DNA of 54,112 nucleotides, filler included, from Sphacelaria rigidula (lineage: Eukaryota): assembly GCA_964200075.2 (NCBI GenBank). It is 5 parts of 5 records of this genome, joined end to end, with 100 filler letters (N's around TTAATTAATTAA, not from the genome) between each part and the next. Parts side by side here need not be neighbours in the genome. Positions count along the whole stretch, not along the records: positions 32,530 to 43,271 come from CAXNAA020005993.1; positions 43,372 to 54,112 come from CAXNAA020005994.1; 3 more parts are not named here. One strand, given 5' to 3'. Below the pieces are notes generated by a model. It searched no databases, was not told where the DNA came from, and saw nothing but the letters and a program-made list of their open reading frames with translations. Numbering within the stretch: position 1 is the first letter of the stretch; every line of letters starts with the position of its first letter. The translations under genes were made by a program, and so were the position numbers. Below, piece after piece: positions 34,986-47,420 of this stretch.

Positions 34986-37958
34986 AAGTATATTTTGGAG
35001 TGTTTAGAGGAAGATTGGATTAATGGTGAACAGTTAAGAATGCCATCTGTGTTTCAAGTTTCATCATAGTGCACTCACTGACTGAGGCAAAAAGTAATCG
35101 AAACACAACATTGATAATTAGCGAATTTCTCGATTGCTGAAGCGTGTGAATTTGCGAGGGTCTGACACTTCCCACGATAGCGCCCCCCCCAAAAAGTGCA
35201 TGGTTTTGGGAGGCAAATCTTCACGTAAATCGAAATGGGAAAAGCCGAGCACAACGAGAAGCTGGGAATTCTCACGCTTGGGTTCGTTCTAGCCAATATC
35301 GCCAATATGAGACGCTTCATGCAGCCTGAACCCGAACAGCAGGCGTTGTATGGTAATTTTTTTTCGCGACATCATAAGCTGGTTTTTTGGGGGGGGGCTA
35401 TCGTAGAAAGTGTCGTCTGCGGGGGACTGAAGAAGATGTTCTCCTCGACAGGATCGAGATTTCTCCTTCAGTTCTCGGTATTGTAGGTATTGTAGAGTTG
35501 GGGGTGGTGCTCTTTTTTATCGTTTTCAGTATGTTGCGTTATGTTAACATAGAGGATGAACTATCAGGACTTGAGCGGTGAGCAGGAGGGTTGTTCGAAT
35601 ATACTCACACTCAAGGATAAATACATGCGCATGCAACATGTACCATGGTGTAGAATATGTAGATGTCGAGAATGAACAGCGACGTTTGGGGGAATCACGG
35701 ATAGAAGCGGTGCTTTGTTCTTCGATATTTCACCATGGCCCAAACTAAGGTATACCCAATATGATCCTTGCAGTCATGATCCGCGGATGGGAATAGATAA
35801 TGCGTCTGCCTCCAATTCTTACCGTTTGGTGTTTCACCTCCCCGCCCCCCCCCCCCCCTCGCCCCTGCAGCCTGGTCCGGCGAGAACCCGGCGTGCTCCG
35901 TCCCGGCTTTGTAGGGGCGGACCCCCGCTGGGGTTGGCATCGGTTGGCAACGACGCTCTAAAACACGACACTCACTCGTAAGCCAGGCAACCAGGTCACC
36001 GATTTGTTTTGCGCGCTTGCGTTTTTTTCGCGGTAACCATGATGGTATTCGAGCTACATCAGGTTGTGCGGCGTGGGAGAACCTCAACTCCCACAATGTG
36101 GATGATGACACTACGTAGTGTTTAACTCGTTGGACATTGATGAAGCAGTGTATAGCATGTGGCTATCTCTGGAAGTGGCGATACCAGAAAACGAAGCAAC
36201 TCTTTGGGGCCTGTCATCCAAATGCAAGATAATCAGTACGCTTCGGGCCGAACAATCTTTGGATGCAGCTCACCCTTCATGCGACTCGCCGAAAACACCA
36301 CGACGCTTAGCGTTTGGTAGTTCGAGTGCGAGCCTGGCCCGGCGAAAACCCGGCGTGCTCCGTCCCGGCATTGTGGGGATGCAAGGTCAATGGTCATATG
36401 ACTACGGCATGCATGATCATGAGTACACCCCCCCCTCGTCCCTGATTTTTCAGAGATGTTTTGTGTGCTGTTTGTTTCTACTCTGTGAGGTGGTGAATTG
36501 ATTTTGATCTACATCTTCTTGGCGCGACTATTTATACTATCTAATTATGTTTACACTCTGTATCTCACATACACAAAGTGTTACGGGCCCGGAAACGGTC
36601 CCACGAGAATGTTTGTTTCGGAAATTCCGGATCATCATGGACCCTTAAGCCGCTTCTTGCGACAAAGAAAAAACGCCCCGGAAAACTGCCTCTTTGGCCC
36701 TTCTGTGCCTGCGTCGGTTTACGGCCTAAAAGACGACTACGCAGGTATTGACACCTTGGAAGGCCTTGCCGTACTCGTTGAGACGGTTCTAGGACACTAC
36801 GGCATTCTGCGGTGGCCACATGTTATTTCTTGGTCAAATTCCACTCTCTTGGACAAACGAGCAAGTTTGGAAAAACAAATCCCCGAGAAAATGAAAGCTG
36901 TGCCAAAAACAAAAACTGCGGCCACCGGACTACGCAAAAGTGTGTTGGACATGTCTCGATGAACATAGCAAGGCATTCCAAGGTGACAACAACCGCTTAA
37001 CCTTCCAGGGCGTACAACGACGCAAAAGGACCAAGCTTTTTTTTTCCGTGATATTCTTTTTGTTGACGGTAGGACGTGACCTTCGGGTTCATGTTGATGG
37101 GCCCGTACCGTACAGAACTGCGGCGTATGTCACCGTTGCAGTATCGTTCTGCTCCTCGTTTTTTAATCAGGGAACGGATCTGAGGGTTCATTTTAGCCTT
37201 GGAGTACAAGCCGCACGAAAACTTGAAAGCGTGATACTGCGTTTAAAACCAGTCCAAGTCATGTCACACTCAACGTGGAAATACCCAACATCCCGGGTGC
37301 AACTCGTCTAGCCTTCGCCTGCAGAATCACACCACCTGATGTACTGAAGCAAGCGGTAGTCAACATGACAATGACTTGATCATACATGGGCAACAGAAGC
37401 TCGGTCGTGTCGGAGGTCATGATGTTGCTGGACGCAAGCTGCTAGCTTGTGATTGATGATGATGATGATGATGGTCGTACCTTAACTGATCCCCCAGGTG
37501 TCCAGCCGTAGTCTCATAATAGACGTACCCCAAAAAAACAAAGCCGATACCGGCTAGTGTACGCTTTTAAACCCCAAATCCACTCACCAGCACATGCCTT
37601 CCGGACTAACTATCCAATAGTCACATGCATGGTATCATACCGACCGCCATGGGCAACCGAGGGGGGTGGCATCACCGGATTTGGTTTCACAAGACCATAG
37701 CGGTGGTGCCAAGGACACAAAAAACTCGATCATTCAGGGACCAATCAGCGGCCTTCAAATCGTTTTGACATCGAAACTACAAATCTCCAACACAGTTTCC
37801 ACCCAATCTCTACATGTTTCAAGTTGTACTAACCGCAATCAGCTGCTCGGGAATCTAGCGGGGAAAACAAACGAAAACGGGTACTGCGAGATCGAATTTT
37901 TCATGGGAACCGTAGGTAAGGTACCGTACCGAGCGCACCCCAGGTATTTACCGGGGTA

Positions 37959-40072
37959 CAGTTGCCGCGCCCTGGCGGTGTAAGGGTCCGACTGGCGCCA
38001 TTAGGGTGGAGAGAACGGTGATTCGATTCCCGATGCGTTGGGTTCTTTCTTCGTAATGTAAAATTTCCATCGTGGAAAGCGTGAGAACGGGAGTAAACTA
38101 AATAGTCGACTAGGCTTGTGTGACGTGAGCTGACGCGGTGCGGGAGTGCTGACCCAATCCGCGAGACCAAAATGAACGGCACGCATCGGGGGAGAGGTGG
38201 GCTGATCCCTTGAGACCACGGACTCATCCCGAAGAAGGGGAGGGGTTCAAAGTGTGAGGAAAAAGGGAAAGAAGGTAGGGAACCCGGTATAAGACGGTGT
38301 GGGTAAGGCGGTAGACCCGATGTAAGGCGGCTGGAATCTGCGCGCACAAGTGAGACCCGGTATGAGGCGGCCACCGCCTTATATGAACATCTTCGCATCA
38401 GTACAAGACGCAACTGCACGCCGAGGCCGCGGAACGCAAGATGGCTCGAGGTACGGCAGGACTGGCTAACGGACACCACCCACACATGTCCGACGCGGCG
38501 ATACTGCTAAAGCTATCGTGGGACAAGGCCACCACGCAGACCATTGTCAGGTACGACCAACGGATCAACTATGCGAATCTTGCCACCGTCTTGTGACTGC
38601 ACAACCGGTCCTATTGTTTGCCCTCCCTTTCTTTCCCTTCGCCAGACCCTCGCGTCTTGCAGGAATAGTGTTTCCTTCGATCCTCGTATTGATTCCGAAG
38701 AAACTTGGTGTATTTCCCCAAGTAATCACGCTAAATTGTCGTTCCCTTCTGTGTACTGTCATTCTAACGTCTACGCCAACCAAGGTGCTGGGTCAAGGCT
38801 GAGACTCTTCCGAAGAAGATGGAAGCGGGATTCGTGGCAAAGCACGAAAGGGTGGGACGAGCGGGATCGGAGGACCCGATGAAAGAGCTCACTGACACCC
38901 TCAATAAAGTGAGCTCTCGTGTGGCCGCAACAAAGGACCATGAATCGCCCCCCACCAAGATCATCGACCTCTTGGCGAAACTGGACATGGACGCGGGTGA
39001 GGCTGCCGGCGAAGCTGTCTTCGAGGGTTCGAAGGAGTGGGCAACATTCGAGGACAAGGAAGATGTCGTAAACGCCTTGCGTCTGGACGCGGTGGACGAA
39101 ATGGCGGAGCACTTGAGCGGCACCTACGTGGAGGATGTGGGAGTATCTGATGACGAGGAGGGAGGAAACGATGGAGAGAGCACGGGGGGCGGGGGCATAG
39201 AGCTGCCGCCTTTCCCCCAACTCTCCCAACACTTTGGCCCTCTGGAGAGGGCAGCGGGGGAGTCTGGCGATCGCGATTCCGCGTACCTCCTTCAGGAGGT
39301 CAAAATGGCGATGATCAAAGCTTACGCATCTGAACCCGCGCGGAAGTCGGACATGAGGGAATTCATGTAGGCAGATGGATGGAGTCTTGGAGCTGTTGTC
39401 TTGCATAGAGGAAGGGCTACTGCAACGAGTACAGTATGTAATGCTTTTGATCTACAAGCGTGGGGGGAAGTAGTGCTTAACCCGTACCCAAGGGCCAAAA
39501 TTCATGGATGCAGCTCGTACGAGTTTTTCTTCGCTGCTACAGTATATTTTTCAGCCATGGCGTGCGTTCATGTCGGCTGTCTTTTTTTAGTCTTGTTTTT
39601 CACGAAGGTGTTATCGTTGTTCCTCCCATCAGCACCCGGGAGTAGGTGTTGATTTGGACAAGCTAGTCTCCTACTCTTGCAGAGGGCTTGTACGGTCTTG
39701 GATGTAATGTAGCGTACAAACACTGGCAGCGGGGTCGTTGGCATCAGCTTTCAAGTGCAGTACAGCAAATACCGCCACAGAAGTTATCAGGTTCAAACAA
39801 CTTGTGTTCAGGCTCCTCCTACCCGCGTGAATACACGATGCGTGGCCATAGTCTACTCCGTACCCAACGACGTGCCGTGGGGATATATCCACTACACTGG
39901 CAACCTCTCCTGGCTTTTGCTGGCCTTGAATAAGGCGGTCACCGCCTTAATGAGGCAATCTCAGACCATTTATAACGCGACTGCCGCCTTATATCGGATA
40001 TAAGGCGGCAGCCCGATATAAGGCGGTAACCTTTCCCATGCATACCACCACCTTATATTGGGCCCCCTACTG
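37959..40072 (+). mobile_element. Internally deleted pogo-like (Tc1/mariner) DNA transposon
   Basis: TA|CAGT ... ACTG|TA termini, taaggcgg/ccgccttat subterminal motifs on both sides, and a transposase C-terminal remnant. Confidence 0.7.
38411..39370 (+). pseudogene. C-terminal part of a pogo/DDE_1-type transposase with an intron (38551-38784)
   Basis: Spliced reading GLANGHHPHMSDAAILLKLSWDKATTQTIVR|CWVKAETLPKKMEAG...MREFM* matches the pogo W..V...TI..CW.KAG motif. GT...ctaac...AG intron in the correct phase, acidic tail. HTH and catalytic core are absent. Confidence 0.75.
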
Positions 40073-40093
40073 TATCCCATACCGTGTATACGT

Positions 40094-40480
40094 GGGTATC
40101 GTAGGTACGAGGTTTGAAAATGCCTGATTGAGCGGGTACGGTAGGTATTGAAATCTCGAAATACCACGGTATCGTAGGTATCGTAGGGGTGAGTTTTGAA
40201 AATACCTGATTCAGCGGGCACGGTAGGTATTGAAATCTCGAAATACCGTGGTATCGTAGATATCGTAGGCATGACATTTGCAAATATCCGATTGGGCGGG
40301 TACAGCAAGTACTGATATTTCGAAATACCGTGATATCGTAGGTATCGTACGCGTGGCATTAGAAAGTACCCGATTGGGCAGGTACGGTAGTTGCTGGTAT
40401 CGAAATACCGTGGTATCGTAGGTATCGTAGGTATGACATTAGAAAATACGCGATTGGGTCGGTATCGGTAGGGTATGAGA
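40094..40480 (+). repeat. Tandem array, ~80-bp unit, ~5 copies
   Basis: Unit ggtatcgtaggtatcgtagg..gacattt.aaaata.c.gattgggcgggtacggtag...cgaaataccgt. Confidence 0.9.
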
Positions 40481-41559
40481 TGTCCCTTCTACCAGTACCG
40501 GGTACCTACTTTACCTACCGTGCCGGTCAAAAACCGTGGTATTTCGGCGATATGGGCTGTTGACTTCGTCGGATTTCTATTCATGATGTGCATCAAAGTC
40601 CCAGGAAGCCTCCCGACGGTTTTCCTTTTATCTGTCGTACAAAAACCTCCGACTACCCTCAAACTCGCCAATTCGGTAGGTATCGGTGCTCCAAATGAGA
40701 AAAATGTATTGTTGGGAAAATATTTCAATGGTCGGAGGAATTAATGATTCGTGTGGAAATGACTCGATTTTGGTGCAATAAATTCGTACCGTACGAATCA
40801 TTCCTTCGGCTCTGTTTTCAGCGTTGCATTCCAGGGCGCGTGGCTCATGCACGTGGAATGGCGCAAAAGTTGCGGAGAGAATTTTCTGACTAGCGGTCAT
40901 TTTTTTTCTCTTTCGAACAATCAGGCCTGAAAAACCGTGGATTAGGCGAATCGAACCGGCGACGATTCGTCCGAACCGTTACATAAATCAGAGCTTCCTC
41001 GCCCTTTATCGGCTTCCGGCGGTCTGGGCCTGAAGACTCTCGGGATCCGGTACAGAATGTCCCAAAAATAACATAAGCAAGCGTCCCGGGACAGCCCAAG
41101 AAACATGCGTAATACGTTTTGTTGCGTAACTCGAAGATTTTCTGCAATGGGATCATGTAAATGTTAAGCCTACCCGACTCAGTCATTTCCATACTATCAC
41201 CAAAAACTTGAAAGTTTGTACCGTTCAAACTCACTTCATCGCACGAAGGCACAAATGTTTACGCTGATAACTGGAGAGTATGACTGAAATTGTGTACACG
41301 TATACGATGACTCATTACGAAACATCAAAGGAACGGTGTTTTTCGATTTGTTTTGCCGACTATCGGGGGTCCTCGAAGAGAATGCGACTCCCCAGAATCC
41401 TGGAACCTTGGATAGCCGGTGACAAGATACGCTCCATGGAAGTTTGCGATTCTCAAGAGCATGTGTGCGCAAATGTTCAGAGTTCATCTCGAAGAATCGG
41501 CGTGAGCATTTGAGGGTGAAACGGTTTGGCAAGGTTGCCTTCTGTAAGGCACGGTTGTT

Positions 41560-42270
41560 TTTTGTACTGGGGGTATATGCCCAGAAATTTACCCCATCGG
41601 ATAATTCTGTGGTATGTGTACGTCTCTCATACCGGTACCCGGCTGTTCCGTGGGTATTGTGCGCTTCCCATACCGATATCCGATAGTACTGTAAGATCTG
41701 TACGAAATGCTTATCCTTACCTGGGGCGCGGGCATCGCCTTGTGCAAATACGCGGTTGCGCGCAAGGGTTTTTGTACAACCCCCATACCGTACCCGATAG
41801 GTTGTGTAAGTTCTGTAAGACTTCCATAGTGATACCGTGCAGTTCTGACAATTCTGTAAGAAATCTAATACCCTACCGAATATACCCCCGTACCCTATTC
41901 AGCACAGCCGTGGGAATATCTTTTTCTTCAGCTGTCCTGAGGGGAAGCGAGGCGGAAAAAATAGAACGCAACTGTGCGCAAACATCATAGTGCATCAAAG
42001 CATGGTTTCGGAATATGTCCTGGTTATGTTGTTCTGTAGGGTATGATATTTGTATACGAGGGGTATTTGCCCGGGTATCACCCGTACCCGATAGGTTCTG
42101 TGAGTTTTGTTATATTTCCATACCCGTACCCGACTGTTATGTGGCTTCTGCAAGCCTCCCGTACCGGTATCAGTTCTGTAAGCCCCGCAAGAGTTTCATA
42201 CCGGTAACCCACAGTCCTGTGAGTTCCCTAAGTAGTCTCATGTCCTACTGGAAGTACCCGTACCTTACAC
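41560..42270 (+). repeat. tacccgtaccc / ttctgtaag-rich degenerate repeat, in two blocks
   Basis: Recurrent motifs taccgtacccgatagg and gttctgtaag at 41560-41895 and 42030-42270. Confidence 0.65.
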
Positions 42271-43271
42271 ATCACAAACTTGGATTTCGGGGTCGAAAGC
42301 GTGGACCAGCCTGTTGGCATCCCAGGTCTCTTCAGTCAACTTTTCAACTTACCGTAATAGTGGAAGGGATTCAGCGTGTTCAATATTCTCGCTTTTCCGT
42401 CCGTTTCGTATGAGAAACAGCCCTTCATTAAAGCAGCAATACATTTTCTCCCATGCCTATGCATACCGCGGTTGCTGCAGTACAGGCATTATACTCTTTT
42501 CCCCACCACTGTGCTACAGACCGTACAGTACAATCTGCAGTGTGCTCCTCGCGATGGTGCCTATACATGCTCTCTACTACAGTCTCTTGCGTGCATTGAA
42601 CCACAGACCACGTGAAATTTGCAAACTTGCGGGCAAGTGGCTGGCTTTGTGCTGTTTCAAGCGTCCGTCGAGAAACAGTTTTTGGACACGTAGGACCCAA
42701 GATCGAAATTTTAGTTTTGAGGGGTTAGGAGGTAGGGGCGGGGGGGGGGGACCCAGCTTGCTATCCCTGCTATAATATATAGCCAAGGCGTTGGTGGATG
42801 CGGTCAGCTGCTGTGTACAGAGATTCTTGGTATCGAGACCGCAGAGATGGCGGACACGCCCCCTGCCCCCCCCACCTAAACTCATCTTCAGCAGCTTACT
42901 TTACTAGCGAAAAGGCTCCGATGTATCTTCTGGAGCGGCCGCTGCCCCGCTCGTCGCCGGTCTCGCGGCGTGGTCCGGGGAACTTGGCTGGGTATGTCGC
43001 ACGTGCACGCATATGTTAGGCAAGAACGCTGTGCATGCTTCAAAACAGGAAGTATGGGAAGATCATATACAAGGCAAAGACTGATTCGGGGCAACGTTCT
43101 CCCCGTAGATCACTTCCCTTGACCACATGTATGGGATCATGTTTCGTGTCGAGGGCCTCGAGTACGTACCATTAGTCGGGGCAAGTTCGGCGAGGCGTGA
43201 TATATTAACAGCCGATTTTCGAAAATGGGGTTGAAAAAAACAATGAGGTTCAACTCAAAAGCCGTGCTTTC

Positions 43272-43371
43272 NNNNNNNNNNNNNNNNNNNNNNNNNNNNN
43301 NNNNNNNNNNNNNNNTTAATTAATTAANNNNNNNNNNNNNNNNNNNNNNNNNNNNNNNNNNNNNNNNNNNN
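43272..43371. other. Assembly gap with TTAATTAATTAA linker
   Basis: 100-bp N run with linker. Confidence 0.97.
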
Positions 43372-43644
43372 TTTGGTCTTGTTTATGCATTGTTTCGCGG
43401 ATTTTTGAGGTCGGCGACCCCTGTGTCATCTAAGACATTTAGCTCCTCAGTGTGAGGGGTCACATATTCTATAATTTCCCACATTTTTGAAAGAAAAACA
43501 AGCCAAATAACGCATTTTTCCTCGCCTCCGGCGGGGGAGCCGTTGGCGGCTCGCGGCTGCGCTGATTAACTGGAAGACAATCGATGTACGGGCCGCTGGC
43601 GCGGCCAGGTCAAACTTGACTGTCCAGAGCAGCCAGTTTACAAC

Positions 43645-44229
43645 CCTAGTGCAACGCGGTTGTCTGCAACACAGAAGTGACGTGCCCCTTTATTCATCGC
43701 GCCGCTTGTTTCGCGCGAAAAAGCTAAGCTTTTGCGTTTTGACCGTGTCTTGATGCGTGTCTTAGCACAGCATGCAGGCGCGATGTGGAAAAAAAGCGCG
43801 CAACGCGACATATAGACACCACAGCTTCCTGCCTCCCTGCAGACAGGAGGATGCGAAGCAGATTTGAACCATGTGCAGTTTTGCACCGCTTCTACTTTCC
43901 ATGAGCGCGTTGGCACGTCGATCGCCCACCCCAACACGCAACTCCGTCGGTGGACCCTGCCACAAAATTAGATGCCCAAGTTTAGTTTGCGCCAACAAAA
44001 AGGAACACATTACGCCAAAAGAGTAGTCGTGTCGGTTTCCATCACTGCAGTGTATGTATCCCTGTGCTCAGTTCGTGATCTATGCCGCAGTATTCAGTAG
44101 GTAGCTGCGAATGAACCATTTGGGCTTCGCGTAATGCTGTGAAAGGGTAGTATCTAGCACGGTTGTCTGCAACATGGGAGTTACGTGCCGCTTCGTTCAT
44201 TCCGCCGCTCGTTTCGCTCGAAAAAGCTA
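43645..44229 (+). repeat. Direct repeat pair (~80 bp) at ~43645 and ~44154
   Basis: cggttgtctgcaaca...acgtgcc.ctt..ttcat..cgccgct.gtttcgc.cgaaaaagcta occurs twice. Confidence 0.75.
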
Positions 44230-44790
44230 CAGGCTGGACCAGCCGACAGTGATTTTTGAATGTATTTTGGCGATGCGGTCGGTAATATGAAGAGTTAGGC
44301 GCTCAAATTTGACACAAATTTTTATTATCACTACGCACAACATTTCCCGGGATGCAAAGACGAACAAAAAGAAACAGGAAGTTAAAGCGATTTGAAGTTT
44401 CTGCAAAAACTAGATATATGCTTCCCCAGGAATGTTGTGCGTAGTGATGATAAAAATGCTGTGTAGAACATTCCAGGGGTCTACACGTTACACGTTCACG
44501 TTCACGTTACGTTCATCACGTAAAAACTGTTTAACGTTCACGTTACGTTACGCGTGTCACGTTAAATATATTACAACATTATGTTAACGTTTCATTTGAA
44601 AATTTAATGTTACGTTCACGTTACGTTCATCACGTAGAGAAAACGTAACGTTACGTTTCGTTACATGTAATGTGATATGAAATGTTTCAATGTCACGTGT
44701 AACGTCTAATATGACGTTACCTTGACACAAGTAACGTTCGAATGTAACGTTTCATTCTGTGCATGTCGCGGCTCATTCACCAGTGTTTAA

Positions 44791-44889
44791 CCCTTAGACC
44801 GCGGTGGAAGTCCATCTGGATCACTCATACTTTTTCCAAGTTAATATTGATGCCGATTCCGCAGGTGATCTACTCTCGCGGTCCAAGGG
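44791..44889. mobile_element. piggyBac-like MITE (99 bp)
   Basis: TTAA|cccttagaccgcg ... cgcggtccaaggg|TTAA; same family as 16971-17096. Confidence 0.85.
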
Positions 44890-45207
44890 TTAAGGCGTTG
44901 TAACGTGTCGTGTAACGCGTGATGTTACCGTGTGCGTGACGCAGTCGGTGACCCGTCGGCTACTTCTCACGTGTAAAAAAACTGAAAAAACGAGTTTCCT
45001 AATAAATGACAAAAAAAAACATTTTCTATGTGATCAGGAAACGCGTTTTTTTTAATAATTTTTTCTGATAACATTTTTCGATAGCCCAAAACCATCAGAA
45101 AAACAGGGTTTTCTGATAGCTTTGGGCTATCGAAAAATGTTGTTGAAAATGCGTTTGAAATCCCGCCGCACGCCAACACACCCTCCAGCCCACGACAGCA
45201 GCCATGG

Positions 45208-45793
45208 TGGCTTGGCTGCCATCACCACTGCTGCCGCTGGTGCTCGCGGGCAGTCAGCGTGTTACTTCATTATCCGTCGGTCGTCAGTATCATGGTGGCC
45301 CTAACCCCCATGAGAACAAAATAGGGCAGGGTCGACGGCGAGTGCTGTACAAACACTCTGTATGTAGGTAGCACACAGTATTGTAGCTCGCAGTTCAGGT
45401 CTGTGCATGCAGCGTGTTGTGGACAGCACCCGCAATGCAGTACAGACTGCCCACGCACCCAAGGCTTGTAGAGACAGGACCGCGCTGATATTACACACAA
45501 GACCACAGTATAGGCAGTGGTACTGCTGTAGTGTCTACAGGGCTTAGGTGCTTAGGCAATCTGTACTGTGTTCGAGTGCTGTTTGCAACACGCTGCATGC
45601 ACGGACCTGAACTGAGCTACAATGCCGCGCAAACTACATTCAAAGTGTCTGTACAGCACTCGTCATCGGCCCTGCCCTGTTCTGTTCTCATGGGGGTTAG
45701 GGCCACCATGATACTGGCGAGCGACGGACAATGAAGTAACACGCTGACTGCCCGCGAGCACCAGCGACAGCAGTGGTGATGGCAGCCAAGCCA
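45208..45793. repeat. Long inverted repeat (~270-bp arms, ~50-bp loop)
   Basis: tggcttggctgccatcaccactgctg.cgctggtgctcgcgggcagtcagcgtgttacttcatt pairs with 45729-45793, and pairing continues inward. Confidence 0.92.
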
Positions 45794-46217
45794 TAAGTAC
45801 AACCAATGCATACAGTACAGTAATGTTGTGTGTACTGTTGTCCGTGCCGTCCTTTCAGTCAAGTACTACCGTGCAGTGAAAAGCACAACCATCACTTCTA
45901 CAGCCAGGTAGTACAGCAAGGCGGTGTTCGTATTGATGGTCTTGCGCTACGCAGCCCACCATGTATTGCTATGGCGATGTATCTCAGTAGTACAGGCAGT
46001 CAGTACGGACCGTACACCACGACACGACAGCAAAGTGCTGCGTCTCTCTCGCGCGCCCCAGAATTTGATATTATGCCTGAACACCATAAGAAAACGATGA
46101 ACACTACGTTTCCAATTTTGACAGTGCGTCGATCACGTGAGAAGGGCTACTTTGAAAAATTATGTGGAAAATGGCCCAGTTGAAAAACGGCTTTTTGTGA
46201 CAACGCGTTTTCTCATG

Positions 46218-46863
46218 CTTCCCCTGTCCCATAAGTCTGGTCGGTTATGTTTATACGAGCCCTTAACGGTGTCCGATTTGATTTTCGAATTTATTTATTG
46301 CACTCGTTGGCGTTTTTTGAGCTAAAAACAACACTGTTTCTACAACGTGGGTGCTCAACGCGTGCAGTCTCGCGATCGAGAAAAAGTAGGTCGGCCAAAA
46401 AATGGCAATTTTTCTCTCTTTTTCCCAGTAAGCATGGGGAATCCGGGAACACGAAAAATCGCGAAAAACTGTGAAAAAACCGTGAAAATCGCAAAAGAAC
46501 CATTGGTTTGGGATGTTTCCGTGACGCTACGCACGCCCCATCAAACATATTTTCAGCATGTGATCGCTAGTGTTTGACGTAAAAGCGTCCAAAATTGCTC
46601 AACACCGGTGTATACGTGGACCAAAAATGGCCCAAAATGGCCCAAAATGGGCGTATTTTGGCGTCGTTTCAGTGTGGACCACTAACGTTTTATTTATTAT
46701 TACTGCATCAGCTTCATCGGCGCTTCATCTTTCCGAGGAACCCATATATGGGATCTTCGGAAGAGTTTGCATGCGCAAATGATTAAAAGCCCATAACCAA
46801 CTGTGATATGATGTGACTGCAGTCACATCATATCACACGACCAGACTTATGGGACAGAGGAAG
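46218..46863. mobile_element. Stowaway/Tc1-mariner-like MITE
   Basis: TIR cttcccctgtcccataagtctggtcg / cgaccagacttatgggacagaggaag, flanks TG / TA. Resembles the Stowaway CTCCCTCCGTCCCA terminus. Confidence 0.75.
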
Positions 46864-47420
46864 TACATAAGAAGTAGCCTTGAATGTGGTCGAGATGACT
46901 ATGATGTTATGATGCAGTGCTGCAACGATAACTTGGTATGTGAGGTATGGTGGGGAGAGCGCGAAATTGCTGCAATAGTACCATACCTATACCATGGTCA
47001 TTCAAATTCACTCGTGTTTATTGAAGCACAATCTTCTAGGATTTTAAAATCCATCGCAAACTTGAAGTTTCACCACTTCATGTGACGTGTTCATGACGTT
47101 TCATGTAAGGTGTAACGTAATATGTAACATTTCGTGTAACGTGTAACGTCTAATGCACGTGTGACGTGTAATAGACGTTACGCGTTACGTGAAACGTTTC
47201 ATATTACGTGATTTGAACGTTTGGGCAATTTAAGTTTCAGGTTACGATGTATGTCACGTCAAAACCATTTAACGTTACGTTAACGTTTCATTTGAAAATT
47301 TAACGTTACGTTCATCACGTTAATTGTTTTCAACGTTCACGTTACGTTTTGGCCAAAACGTAACGTGAACGTCACGTGTAATGCTGTGGCACGTGTAACG
47401 TATAGACCCCTGAAAAATTC

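Larger units (their letters stand above)
37905..40525. mobile_element. ggtatcgtag-rich TIR element hosting the pogo-like insertion
   Basis: Left end ggaaccgtaggtaaggtacc is inverted to right end ctactttacctaccgtgcc. Contains an ~80-bp tandem array. Confidence 0.55.
44474..47412. mobile_element. hAT-like non-autonomous element E1 with ACGT-rich inverted arms
   Basis: TIR caggggtctacacgttacacg / cgtgtaacgtatagacccctg, 8-bp flanks gaacattc / aaaaattc (6/8), long imperfect inverted arms 44474-44940 and 47085-47412. Confidence 0.75.

Noticed and set aside
35235..35486. ALYGNFFSRHH as the missing ELO last exon
   Set aside because: Opposite strand, upstream of the gene, inside a small inverted repeat, and lacking the expected preceding TM segment and acceptor.
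38771..39406. 211-aa minus-strand ORF
   Set aside because: Antisense shadow of the GC-rich pogo transposase exon.
40094..40480. Possible CRISPR-like array
   Set aside because: The inter-repeat segments are homologous to each other rather than unique spacers; no cas genes; eukaryotic context.
10744..43371. TTAATTAATTAA motif recurring four times inside N runs
   Set aside because: Identical 100-bp spacer with a six-frame-stop linker: an assembly artefact, not biology.
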